DNA of 62,600 nucleotides, counting the filler, from Rhabdomonas costata (taxonomy: Eukaryota): NCBI GenBank assembly GCA_019059605.1. It is 30 parts of 30 records of this genome, joined end to end, with 100 filler letters (N's around TTAATTAATTAA, not from the genome) between each part and the next. Parts side by side here need not be neighbours in the genome. Positions count along the whole stretch, not along the records: positions 35,671 to 37,668 come from JAHMHO010006586.1; positions 37,769 to 39,765 come from JAHMHO010006587.1; positions 39,866 to 41,870 come from JAHMHO010006588.1; positions 41,971 to 43,968 come from JAHMHO010006589.1; positions 44,069 to 46,066 come from JAHMHO010006590.1; positions 46,167 to 48,163 come from JAHMHO010006591.1; positions 48,264 to 50,278 come from JAHMHO010006592.1; 23 more parts are not named here. One strand, 5' to 3'. Of the stretch, positions 36,612-48,459 are shown in pieces; position 1 is the stretch's first letter; every line of letters begins with the position of its first letter. Both the position numbers and the translations under genes were made by a program. Under the pieces are notes generated by a model that was given only the letters and a program-made list of their open reading frames with translations, did no database searches and was not told where the DNA came from.

Positions 36612-36791
36612 GGGTTGTGGGTGGATTCCTCCGTGTGGGGCGACGGAGAGGAGCTGAGCTTGAAAGACGAGGTGGAGCTTCTGCAGAAGGAGAATGCGGC
36701 AACCAAAATGCAGCTGGCGCGACTGCGCGGGGTGTTCCGATCCCTTTACACGCAAGTTCAGGAGGAGCAGAGCAGGAACCAAGAGACTGAG
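36612..36791 (+). CDS. Coiled-coil exon, probably the same gene as the MORN exon
   Basis: After a CAG acceptor it reads LWVDSSVWGDGEELSLKDEVELLQKENAATKMQLARLRG...QETE. The 3' boundary is uncertain (possible GC donor). Confidence 0.5.
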
Positions 36792-37386
36792 GCGCTGACC
36801 CCTTCACCGAGTTGTGTGTGTATGTGTGTGCATGTGTTCGGTTCGGCGAAAGCTTACCCCCGAGGGCACTAGCGGCCCTGAGCACCAAGACGGTACCCGA
36901 TACGCAGCGGCCGTTCTGTGGGTCGGGCTTCCTCCCCAGAAACAGTGGCTCACTCATGCAACCTCGTCGCCGCATCGCGCTTCTTTGTCACACCCTAGAC
37001 ACTAGTCTCATGTGTGTGTGTGTGTTTCCGAATCGACTGTGAAATGAAGGCCCCCACTGCACGCAATGGCACGGTGTCTATGACTTGCTGATCACTTTGC
37101 ATTCGCACCCGCTGCTCACTGTTCACAGTTTTGAATCTTGCAGGAGAGCGGGGGTGTCTCTGTGAGCTTGAGCAAAAGTCAATCCCAACTCTTGCCTGGC
37201 GTAGTGGTGTGGATGGATGATGAATAAATACCTGTATTCCTACGCACCAGTGAAATAATTGGAGAGTTGGAGAGTTGGCTTTCTCGTGTGTCATTTAGGT
37301 GTCCTCTGTTATGTTCATGTTCATGTTACTGTGAGCCTTGAGCCTTTTGCATGTACTCAGTTGCCGCGACTTCCCTGCATTTTTAG

Positions 37387-37632
37387 TGACCAAGAGTGTC
37401 TGGGAGCTGGAGCCGGTGCCGATGCCGATGCCGATGCCGATGCCGATGCCGAAGACGGTCAAGGGCAGTGGGCTGCGGCACCTTCCGGATGGCGGGACAT
37501 ACTATGGGGATTGGTGCGGCGACGACATGCATGGCACTGGGGTGCTCACCTTTGGCGGGGGCCGCGGGGTGTACAAGGGCAGCTTTGTAGTCGGCGCCCT
37601 CGAGGGATTCGGAGTGATGGAAGAGGAGGACG
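37387..37632 (+). CDS. MORN-repeat protein exon
   Basis: DGGTYYGDWCGDDMHGTGVLTF and GVYKGSFVVGALEGFGVM are MORN repeats, and the exon is AG/GT-bounded. It contains (GATGCC)5 at 37421-37450, encoding PMPMPMPMPMP. Confidence 0.85.
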
Positions 37633-37768
37633 GTGTGTGGATGTGTGGATGTGTGGTCACCACACACCNNNNNNNNNNNNNNNNNNNNNNNNNNNNNNNN
37701 NNNNNNNNNNNNTTAATTAATTAANNNNNNNNNNNNNNNNNNNNNNNNNNNNNNNNNNNNNNNNNNNN

Positions 37769-39765
37769 GGTGTTGATACAAGGAAGGGACATGGACCCCA
37801 CTCCCCATTCCTTGTATCGATACCACGGCAAAACAATGTCCAGGAGCTCCACAAAATGCACTCGCCGCCCGAAGGCCTGAGCGAGTTTGGGGGCGATGCT
37901 TTCCACAGGAATCCGAGGCAGAGTGCCCCAGTCTTGAACAGTCCGAAAGCCCATGACAACTATCTGACCTCGAAAGTCGTCGGGGATGGCCAGCAGCTTA
38001 GCAGCAACCGGAGCCTCGGTGGGACCAAACGGGGACCAGTCGATAACCAGAGATGTCGGTGGCCCCCACGGGTCCCGCAGCAAGCTGGAGACTATTTGGG
38101 TGGTGTTGAACTCCAGCTGGGAGTAGTTGGTGGAAACCAGTGAATTATCGAAATAGCTGCACAGTCTACACACGTGATGTTCCAAAGCCATGTTGTCGTG
38201 GGTGACAGAGATGGCCCGCACATCCACGTACGATAGACGGACGTTGCCAAGCTGTACGTCCATCCTCCCCCAGCACTTGTGCAGCGTATCCAGACCAGCT
38301 CCCAAACGATTGATCAGCAGGTCCACGGCGCTCAAAAAAACACCCCGGATTTTACTGGACCCCATGTAAACAATCCACTGGTGCTTCTCGCTCTCCACCA
38401 AGCTTAGGAGCTCGTCGTGGTTCCAGGTCTGGTAGTGGCACTGCTCAGGACGAAACACATACCCCCATCGCAAGCACTCCTCGCCCATCACCGTGCGCCG
38501 GCCGTCACATCGCATCCATCTTCCTTGGTAGGGAAAAGAGCCCAACCTTCCACATGGCTGCTTCTCTTTCGACGAGTTGAACAGATCAGCACCGCTAACT
38601 TCGAGCTGATAGCTGTGTCGAGGTAAGGGAGCAAAGCCCTTTGCGAGAATAAGATCAATGGCCAGCGTGTACTTGCCCGCTAGAACGGGCGTGTACGTGA
38701 AAGTCACCCTCCGCTTCGAGCATGTGCCAAGTATGCCTATCACGGTGTCAGGGCCCTCCACCGTGGCATACCCGTACAAGACATTCTTCAGCACCTTGGT
38801 GTGCACGAATTGCACAACGAAGCTCGCGGGCTGCCCTGTGAGTGAGGGGAGACGGAGGGGGTGGGGGGGAAGAAAATCACATTCTTCTCCGAAGTCTGCA
38901 CTGTATTTGCGTCGACCTATCAAACCGGCCCTAGCTTTCTTACCGAAGTCCTCCACACCCTTTCTCGAAGCGCAGGCCAACTCTATTCCGCTGGAAGGCG
39001 TGACGACAGGGGCCAGATATGCACGCAAATACAGAAAAGAACCTGCCACAACATTACGATGGTCAACATTCAAGGAAAACGGGGATATCATCTCTTGAGA
39101 AAGGGCACACGCGAATCCACCTCTTCTATTAGGAATATATCGTCTTGCATCCTCCTTGGGAAAACAAACGTTTCAAAGGGTGTGTCTTGTTGTGTCTTTC
39201 AGGCAAACCTGTTACGGCCCGAAAATGGCCTGTTCCAGAATAGTTCACCCACAGCTTCTGTCCTCGTTCTCTGAGGGGCTTCAAATAAGCCTCCAGAGAA
39301 GGCACGTAGGACTGCAGCACTTTGGGAATGTGGCCAGCAGCGAGGAAGGGGCACATCCGCAAACCGCTGCGAATGTCGACTTTCGACTCGTTCCAGCAAC
39401 GGCTCGGGCACTCACCTTGACGCTGTTCCAGGATGACCCGGGGCGCTTCCTCCAGCGTCGGCACGTGGTTGAAGCACTGCAAGTCTGGTCGCGGATTCGC
39501 GTAAAAGGGAAGAAACCACTTCCTGCAGTCAGTGCACACGCGTAGAATGTTCGTGGTGTACACCGCGTCCCGCTCTTCAATTTCCCGCTGCCTTCGTAGT
39601 CCCGCTGGTTTCAGCCCAAAGTCAATGTTGAAGGTCATCTGAGCCAACATATCAGTGACGATGCCACTGACCGACATCTGAGTGACTTTGTTCCAAGGGT
39701 GGACTTGGTGCCAATGAAGGGACATCGACCCCACTCCCCATTCCTTGTATCGATACCACCACACA
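37769..39765 (-). CDS. Intronless filamin/Ig + NXPE/PC-esterase-like repeat protein (internal part)
   Basis: ORFs 39764-39129 and 39091-37769 merge if one base is removed in a short homopolymer near 39170 (HPLNVCFPKED). Motifs are FTYTPVLAGKYTL (Ig/filamin), YVFRPEQCHY, WIVYMGSSKIRGVF (GDS-like block) and SLHWH. WYRYKEWGVGSMSL occurs at both ends. Confidence 0.7.
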
Positions 39766-40265
39766 NNNNNNNNNNNNNNNNNNNNNNNNNNNNNNNNNNN
39801 NNNNNNNNNTTAATTAATTAANNNNNNNNNNNNNNNNNNNNNNNNNNNNNNNNNNNNNNNNNNNNGGGATAATTGGAGGAGGCATTAAACCTCGGGGGAG
39901 GGGGGACTGAGCAGGGCAGTGAACCGGTCACCAAACGGTAAACAAGAGCCAAGAAAGTGGTGATGGCAGCTAAACCACCAAAAATACCTAAATAACGAAT
40001 AAAACGGCCCTCTCTATGCTCCACACATCAGCCGCGGGGGACTGCTGTGAAGAACAAAGTAGCTAGCGCAAAGCAAATGGAAATTCATTATTCGAGTTCG
40101 AATTCAACGCAGCGCTGATGAAGCATGCCAAGTATCGTGATGGGCGTGCACTGAGCCACGACAGATGAGGACATTCAACAGCGGAGCACTTCGCATTGCG
40201 TATTTCGTCGATCAGGGTGAGTCCAAGACAATTCGGAAACTTATGCTCGGGTAGCTCTCGACTTT

Positions 40266-40288
40266 CACACACACACACACACACACAC
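40266..40288. repeat. (CA)n microsatellite
   Basis: About 11 CA units. Confidence 0.9.
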
Positions 40289-40648
40289 TTACTCACTCAC
40301 TCACCCACAAAGTCGTGCAGTGCAACCAATTTCTATAAATAGAGAGCGAGGCGGTGTGGAGGGTGGTGGGGGAGGAGGACCGGAGATGAGGGTATTTCCC
40401 AGGGGGTGTTTTCGGTGGCCCCAGCCCTTGGTCTCGCACAGCCGCTGCAGCTCCTCCTGCACCAGCGTGGTCTGCCCAGAAGGCCTGAACCCCCCAAACC
40501 CATCGAAAGCAAAAACAAAAACGAGCCACCCACAACGAACCGCGCGAACGCACGAACGCACTGGCTCATATCGACACACTCTTAACACGGCATCAAGGAT
40601 TTACATACACACCCGGAGGGTAACCACTGGCACGGATGCTGTCATGCA

Positions 40649-40730
40649 CTCGAATCCATATCACGGGCTAATACGCTGATCTCGTTTAAGGCATAAGGGT
40701 GAAGGCAACTCTGGCGCTACCCCAACCAGG
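40649..40730 (+). repeat. Dispersed repeat family B, copy 1
   Basis: CTCGAATCCATATCACGG...AAGGGTGAAGGCAACTCT...CCAACCAGG is shared with 42159-42237 on a different fragment. Confidence 0.85.
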
Positions 40731-42158
40731 ACTTTTCCTGTGAAACCTGGGGGCTAGCAGATGCCCGATAGGGAACATAAGTCTGCCTGAAGTCTGGAGC
40801 AGTCACAAAGCTTTGATTATCCTCTCATTTCTCCCCCGAGAGTGGCAATGGGTTGCGGAAGACATTGGCACAAGCGCACGCCCAGCACCCAAGGAAAAGA
40901 AGCAAACGCAGTGGTTGGGATTTGTTAGGTTTTGTGGTTGGGATTTGTTAGGCTTTGACGGGCACGCGCACAGTCGGTTGGGAGAGATGCCATTCCCTGT
41001 GGTCAAACCACTGAAACCATAAGAAATGAAAGTGGAAAGCTCAACAACCATTTCGGCCAATAACGGCACCCCACGTCTGACAAAAGAGCAATGGGACCCT
41101 CCGTGCTCCAGGCCCGCCACACCTAGGAATCTCCAAAAGCCGAAGGAAGTACTCCCAGGTCTTCCTGGCCGCGGGGGAGGGTGGGCTCAGCGCAGACAGC
41201 ACCTTAGTGCAAGCCGCCGTTCGCAGCATGGCCATCCACTCAGCAGCAAAACAGCAAAAGAAGAGTTTTGTAGTGCACGCTGAAGCGCAGCAGCAGCATG
41301 GGCGTATGGGCGTAGCACTTCTCTGAAAGCTCACAAGCGAATTGCATTCGCCCCCCCCCCCGATATTTAACCTTTTTGGCATTTTAGTAACTTTAGGCCA
41401 AAAATCACGCTATTAGCCCCATCTGCGTTCTTTATTCCCTTCAACCTCAACACCAACTCGGACCTTTCCTCCGCTTTCCTCGTGTTTCTGACTCTGTTTC
41501 ACAAAGGGGCACCCCGTCTGCCATAAAAACCAACATCGACCCCCCTGAGGAGAGAGGGCACAAGCGCTCAAGCTGGGGAAGTATTGCCCCCAGAAGTGGC
41601 CTTTCGCATCGAGCGTTGTCCCATGAATCATGGGGGAAATCACACCTAGAGCAGCACATGATCCGTGACACCCTTTTCCTGAGAAGACTTTACTCGAGAC
41701 CTCGTCTGTGGACCCGCTTTCCTCGATTTTCCAACTTTCCACCGGGCACCGACACCACAACGACAATTTCACAAATAGTATAATCCAGATACAAAGTTCA
41801 GCTCGAAAGCACAACCCCTGTGCACTGACCACCCCGTCTCACGCCATGAACACTGGTAAGAAAAAAACAANNNNNNNNNNNNNNNNNNNNNNNNNNNNNN
41901 NNNNNNNNNNNNNNTTAATTAATTAANNNNNNNNNNNNNNNNNNNNNNNNNNNNNNNNNNNNNNNNNNNNGGGTTTGTTTATGTGATAATCCAGTCTCGT
42001 TGGCGAACAATTTACCGAACAATTCCGCATGTCTTTTCTTTTTCGGTGGGCACAGAATCCACGAGTGTTGTTGTGAAGCGCCTGTGCTCATGCACCCGAA
42101 GGAAACTTTATCCAAACGGGTAAACTCCAGTGCGGATACTGTCTGGCAACGAAATCGG

Positions 42159-42237
42159 CTCGAATCCATATCACGGTCTAACATGCTGGTCTAGATTAGG
42201 TGCAAGGGTGAAGGCAACTCTAGTCCCACCAACCAGG
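42159..42237 (+). repeat. Dispersed repeat family B, copy 2
   Basis: It has the same 18-nt, 18-nt and 9-nt identical blocks as 40649-40730. Confidence 0.85.
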
Positions 42238-42300
42238 TGAGTGCCAACCCGAGGTTACCTCCCTCCGCAATTGCGTGCTCGGAGTATGGACCCAGCAAAC

Positions 42301-42496
42301 CTGGAGCAGAGGGGTCAGAAACTTCTCCCCAGAGGCCTTCAGCGCCGCTGTGGCTGCGGTGTTGGCGGGAGTTGCTGTGGAGCTGTACTCACGGAGCAGA
42401 GCAGCTGCGGCAGGAGCCCACACAGGCCGACGGGGAGCCAGGGCACGCCCCCCAATCACTGCCCTCTCAGCGGTGCGGGGAAGCCACCCCCGGCAT
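42301..42496 (-). CDS. First exon with a mitochondrial-presequence-like N-terminus
   Basis: Removing one G from the G5 run after ATGCC gives MPGWLPRTAERAVIGGRALAPRRPVW...LLREYSS...EKFLTPLLQ, followed by a GT donor. It is Arg/Ala/Ser-rich with an R-x-Y-S cleavage-like site. Confidence 0.45.
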
Positions 42497-43136
42497 CCGA
42501 GCGTAAGGCGAAGAGCCAGGGTTGCGCCTGGTTGCACACCCACTACTTTTCCCAGAACTTTCACGGATGTCAAATGAGACAACAAAAAGCGAAAGGGAAC
42601 CTCGAAGAACTATGCCCTGGAAGGGAAAAAAGACACAAGGACGCAATCTCGAAGCACTCTTGTGATGAAGTCCAAACGGAGTCTGATTGTTGTTGTGGCC
42701 AACCGAAAACCACTGAACTGAAAACCACTTCCCATCTCAGAAAAGGAGGTCGGGTGCACATCCCACAACACGGAGTCAATCGAGAGAAACCAGCGTCGCT
42801 TTTTCGTATTTGCCTTGCATCTTCGCGCTCTAACGTAAAAGTATCAATGATGGATCTGTACAAAAAATGAATAAAATGATCAGCGTGGATGTTGATCCAT
42901 TGTTTGATTATCCATTCGCAAAAAAAAGAAGCTGATGGCGACTCGGATGAAGGAAGAGCTCAGGCAGCGAAGCCAGCGCCAGCACGGAGGCTGTAGCCCC
43001 TTTCAGGCATTCAGACAGAACAATAACGTAAACACCACAGACAGGAGGCGGCAAAAGCCAGCCCCCCCTCTTCCCCACCCGGGACGACCGCTCCCTTTGG
43101 TGCAGTAAAGGTGAAAGGTCTCAAAAGGCCTCAGCC

Positions 43137-43289
43137 TCAACGGTCCCCCGCTGGCCGGGCCAGGGGCACAAAGGTTGAGCCGGCAGTCATGGGCTTCCCG
43201 GAGTTGACGATCCCCACTCGCCCGGCGGGCCCCTCCGGGGATCGGAACTGGGACTCCTTCAGGCGGTTGTGTAAAAGACCCCCAACTGT
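43137..43289 (-). CDS. SPF30/SMNDC1-like splicing factor, terminal exon
   Basis: After a CAG acceptor it reads TVGGLLHNRLKESQFRSPEGPAGRVGIVNSGKPMT...*. This resembles the SPF30 C-terminus KESIF.SPE...GKVGV..SGK.MT. It is absent from the ORF track. Confidence 0.65.
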   Translation of the reverse strand, partial: TVGGLLHNRLKESQFRSPEGPAGRVGIVNSGKPMTAGSTFVPLARPAGDR

Positions 43290-45894
43290 CTGAAAAAGCA
43301 GAAGAAGGGAGGTCCAAGAGGTCCCCTTTTCTCAGAATCTCAACATTTTCCACCCCTTTCCGGATTTTTCAGCACGGTGGCTTCAACGCAGCGCCAAACT
43401 GCAAGCTTGTTGAAAACGAACCACGGGTGACAGAAAACGGGAAAGGCCAGGAACCCGCCAAGGCGGTGTGCTCCACACCGTACACCACGGCGCAAAGGCG
43501 GATAAACAGCAAAAAGCAACCGAAGATCACTCCCCGACCTCTCTTTTACTGGAAAGTGTGGGTGTGGGGAAGGGGTCAATTTTGAAGTTGAACAAGTCTC
43601 TTATAATCTTTGAACTTCCTGCACACAGGGACTTTCTTTTCTTGGCAGAGAGGGCCCGTCCACGTTTCGATGATCGAATTTTTTTCATTAAAAACAACAC
43701 TGGCTGATCTATCATTCGTCCGATCCAATGCTCCCGCTTGAGACAGTGGATCTGAGCAAGATACCACACAGGCGGGAAAGGGGCGACCTGTGTTTGTACA
43801 GTTCTTGTGCGTGGACAGGGACATGGTTGTCACGTGCAGGTTTTGTTTTGACTGACAACGTCCCCTTTTGCTCCCTTATTTTCACTTGCGCGCGTGCGTT
43901 TGAGTGGAAACTCGAGAGTAATTGCCACTCCACTGGCAACCATCAACCACATCCATCAAACGTCAACCNNNNNNNNNNNNNNNNNNNNNNNNNNNNNNNN
44001 NNNNNNNNNNNNTTAATTAATTAANNNNNNNNNNNNNNNNNNNNNNNNNNNNNNNNNNNNNNNNNNNNTGTTGGGTTGTCAAATGTCAGAGCACATATTA
44101 CAAAATGGCGCATCGGGAGTATTTGTCCAGCCGCCGAATAATTTTGATGATCCACCAAGCTCAAAGGAAGGGGTGCAAATCGGTTGCCCCAGGTTTTGCT
44201 GCCTACGGGTACCCGACGCCCTGCTCTCCAAGGCTGTGGTTCTGGGGCAGAACCGTAATTTCCGAAGCCCGGTCCCTCTGCTTTCTGCGGCAGACGCCCC
44301 TTCGCCTGCCACGCTATGAGTGAGGGATCGCCAAGGTTTCACATTACCCGGAATTCATCACTGTGCGTGTGGTGGCGGGGCTCAGATAGCCCTCCACTCT
44401 GTGCCCTGCTCCAGGAGTTGTGCTTGCTCTTTTCCCCTTTTTCTTTTTTGGTGTGAGATAGTTGTTTGTGGCTGTCTATTAGTGTTCACTGCTCATTTCC
44501 CATCGCTCTGCGTGAGGGAACGGGCTGCTGTAGATTTGGCTGTTGCTCATTTTTGTCGATTTGCCTCTGTGAACCTGTGAAGAGCCCTTTTCCTTCACGC
44601 TTGCTGATGCTGCCATTCTTGGGGTTTTCATGCCGCGTTTCTGACCACTTTCGCCCAACGTCCGCTGCCGGTCACACATCGCCGGTATGGCATGATTTGG
44701 CGTTTTGGAAACTTCCCGCCACTGCCCCTCTTCCCGCCTCACCATCTCCTAAGAGGACAGGAAACACTTAGGCCTCTCCCGTAATGCCCTATGCTGCAGC
44801 TCAGAGGTTTGGGGTTCAGATATGCATTGGTGGTCGGGGTCGCATTGTTGTTGCGCGACGGGCTGTTCTCCGTGCTTTTTTTTCTCTGTACTGTGCACAA
44901 GTGCTCAAGTAGAGTGATGATGTCTTTTCCTGCCCGCTGGATGGTATGGTAATGATGGTTGATCCGTTGTACACTCTTTGGGTGAAAAAATGGATGGTAA
45001 TGAGCATGATTCGATTGAAGTCCACTCTACCTTAATGGGAATATTTCCTTACGCGTGGGCGATATTTTCCTTGCGCTTTTTGCCATCCTGCATTGTATCC
45101 GTTTCTCCCCGACTTTTGCATCTGGTAAAAAATTAATTTGCACGGGACATTCACGGGGCAAGTCGTGTGTGGGTATGACACTTGTTTTGGTCGACGCATG
45201 GTTCGATTGATTCGAATCGAAGTTATTGCAGCGGGTTCCAACAAAAGAATTTTCCGGACATCTGAGGTTTCCCTTGTTTCATAAACACTCGTGACGGCCT
45301 TCCAGGATGTCTTCCGATGAGGAGCGCAACGTTGTGACCCATATTCTGGGTGTTCAGATTTTCTTGACAGGCACCGCTGGTGACGGGAAACCCTACACCA
45401 CATTACTTCACACCACAAGCATTGTTGCATTATCTTCAGGTTCAGAAGTTGATTCATAATTCCTGGGATTCAAGTTAAACATCCAGATAACTTTGGAACA
45501 ACCTTGCAGCACAGTGAGTGTGCGTGTATGTGCTTGTGGTGGTCATTTTGTTGTTATAAATGTTATATGTAGTAACTTTGTAAACTTTAGTGATTATTTC
45601 TGAGAACCAAATTAACTAAAGTTGCTGTGCTCATTTATATTCGATATAATGATCCCCTGGCAGTGCCCCCCCTTTTTCTTTTCTTTTCTTTTTTGTTTTT
45701 GTTTCCTTTCCTTTCCCTCTTCAGACTTACTCTGTTTTTTTGTGTTGCAGCAGAACCGCAGCAATGGAAGCGATGGATGTATGAGCCAATTTTTTTTGTT
45801 TTATATTTTTGAGCTTTTTTCTGAAAGTAACAGATTTTCAAATGTGCGTTGCTTCCCAAGCGTACGCAAATCCTGTGAAACGGTTCGCACACAG

Positions 45895-46050
45895 ACCAAC
45901 GATGTTCGGAGGCTCCTGGGCGCCACCCGTGCGAAGAGCGACCAGCTGGAGCAGGACGTCGCTGTGCTGTACAACCGCCTCAGCGAGAAGGAGAAGGAGC
46001 TGCACGGACTGAAGGTTAAGGAAAGCGCCGCCCGAAAGGAGATCAGCACG
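45895..46050 (+). CDS. Coiled-coil protein exon
   Basis: AG/GT-bounded 156-bp exon TNDVRRLLG...LEQDVAVLYNRLSEKEKELHGLK..., with high GC3. Confidence 0.65.
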
Positions 46051-48015
46051 GTACACCACCCCCCCCNNNNNNNNNNNNNNNNNNNNNNNNNNNNNNNNNN
46101 NNNNNNNNNNTTAATTAATTAANNNNNNNNNNNNNNNNNNNNNNNNNNNNNNNNNNNNNNNNNNNNTTTTGGTGGTCCTCCCTCCCTCTCATTCTCTCTC
46201 GCTGCTTGGCTGTAGCTTTGCCTCTCCCTCTCTCTTGCTAGTCGCGGCTTGAAGCTTTGCAAAACTACGTAAGTGGATGAAGGGATGTTCTTCACTTGAA
46301 TCACGGGGTGTCCCAGTTTGGCATTCAAAATATGGGCATGTCCCGTCACCGTTTCAGTCCTTCCCCGAATCTGAAGAAATAGGGCCAGAGGTCAGACCAC
46401 ACCATACGTGAGTTGAGTAGTGTCTTGCTCCACGAGGGCGCTGTTGCAGCCTCCGTTGCTACCGGATGATCCAGCCTCATCCTAACGCTTCTCGAGGCCT
46501 AGCTTATCAGAGTCTGTTGCACTTTGGGCATCTCCCGTCACTCTCCTCAGGACTCATAACGCTCCTTCTTCCCAAAAGCCATGCGCCACTATTTCTTTTG
46601 TTTCTTCTTCCCAGTGGACCCGTGCTTGAGCTATACCAGCTGCTCCTCCTGCTCGGCGGCAAGCAGCTGTGGGTGGTGCGGGTCGTCGTTGACATGCAAG
46701 ACTGGGACGTCGACCGGCCCAGTCGTGGGAACGTGCACTTCGGGGTGGGTGTGGGTGAGCTCGTCATGCCCCGCTTCAGGTTTTTTGTGGATGGTGGACT
46801 CTCCATTTTACCCTTATGGCTGCTTGCCGATGCTCTTACACGACACAGCTGTGACGTTTTTCTCGCAGTTAGCGTTCCAGCCTTGTCTTGCCCCCCGCCA
46901 TACACTCTTTCGCGGTAATTGGTGGTCCGAAGTCTGGAAGGATACGTAATATGCACCGATAAAGCAGCTGGCCAGGCAGCCCCTTTCGTCAACAAAATGA
47001 GGTTAGCTCCACGCGGAAACAGAGATTAGTGTGACATTCCGATCACAAGTCTTTTTGCCCTAAAATCCTGCCGCTCGTCTCAAAGAAGAGGTTCATTACC
47101 CCCAGCCGCCAGGGTAGCATGGCGCGCAGAGATGTCTCGCAAAAAAATGAAGGCTTTGCGCGCCACAGGTGCGGCAATTCTATTGAGGCACGAACTGCAA
47201 CTTTCCTCATTCCAGAATCCCATTGGGAACGCTGTACTGCCGGAAGGTTCAGACCCAGAAGTTCAGTTCTGCCCGGGTGACAAAAAAAGTCTAATTATAC
47301 AGTGGAGCCTCCAGCTGGCAGTGTAGCTTGGCAAACAAAGCTGTGTCGCAAAAAGGAGTTGGGAAATTTTTTCGGGGTAGAAGCTGCCATTTGCCCCAAT
47401 CCCGCATCCGATTGGGAACACGGTACAGACGCAAGGTTTATACCTTGAACCTGAGTTCAGTCCATGTGACAAAAAGTCTCAGTTTACGGTGGAGCCCACT
47501 TTATAATCGGAAACCACATGGGGGGGGGGGACGAAAAGGCTTTCTCGGGTTTCTGGGCGGTGATTTGAGGCAGTCTTTTCATCCCAAAGGAGTACTTTGC
47601 CATAGCCTCCTGCCCCCCTTCAGATTGAGATTCATGCTTCATGAGATCGATGAAAAAGGTAGTGGCCGAAGAATGGGGTCATCTGGGTGAAAAAAATTGA
47701 CTGTCGGCTTTACGAGTCGTGGGACGGAAGGCGCGCTTAGTCCAGCACCCTTCTCGTTTGGTTTTCGCATTTATGCCCGTCCGCAATAAGGTTCTGTTGC
47801 ACCCACAGGGCGACCAAGGCGTGGCAGGTGATTTTCTAGGTGGTAGGGGGTACAATGGCCTCGCTGGAGCGTGCAACAAAGGGGTGTTAACAAGATGTCC
47901 TAATAAGCACCCCTAGTTTGGTTATGGGATCCTAGGTGTCCGTCCCGTGCCGTTCGAAGGTGTGTCATGGGTAGACCCGAAACTGCCCTTGCACACATGC
48001 CGAACGTACATACAG

Positions 48016-48123
48016 GTAACCCCACCTGCGGCACCGCCTACGCCTGCCCCAGCGGATACATCAGGAAGGCCTCCTCCACCATCTGCGCGACGCAGACGTG
48101 CACCCAGTCGGACTGCTGCACGG
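48016..48123 (+). CDS. Cysteine-rich extracellular repeat module exon
   Basis: 108-bp symmetric phase-1 exon NPTCGTAYACPSGYIRKASSTICATQTCTQSDCCT with 6 Cys. Confidence 0.7.
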
Positions 48124-48459
48124 GTGTCCGTCATTTCCCCTCCTTTCAGCCTCCCCCCCCACCNNNNNNNNNNNNNNNNNNNNNNNNNNNNNNNNNNNNN
48201 NNNNNNNTTAATTAATTAANNNNNNNNNNNNNNNNNNNNNNNNNNNNNNNNNNNNNNNNNNNNCAAACAGAGGTCAATGTTGTGTGTGCTGGGCGCGTTG
48301 CGCTCTGGCTGTTGCCTGGTTGGCTGGGTGATTGGGTGTTGGTGACCACTGTGTACTGTTGGTGGGCTGGGGCCTTTTCCCGCGGGAACGACCTTTGGAG
48401 CTTTTCTTTAGGGATGGGTAACGGGCAGCACCGGTATCTAGAGGCGTTGCCGTGGCATC

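Noticed and set aside
42155-42175. tRNA gene at GGCTCGAATCC
   Set aside because: No cloverleaf could be folded around it, so it is kept only as part of repeat family B.
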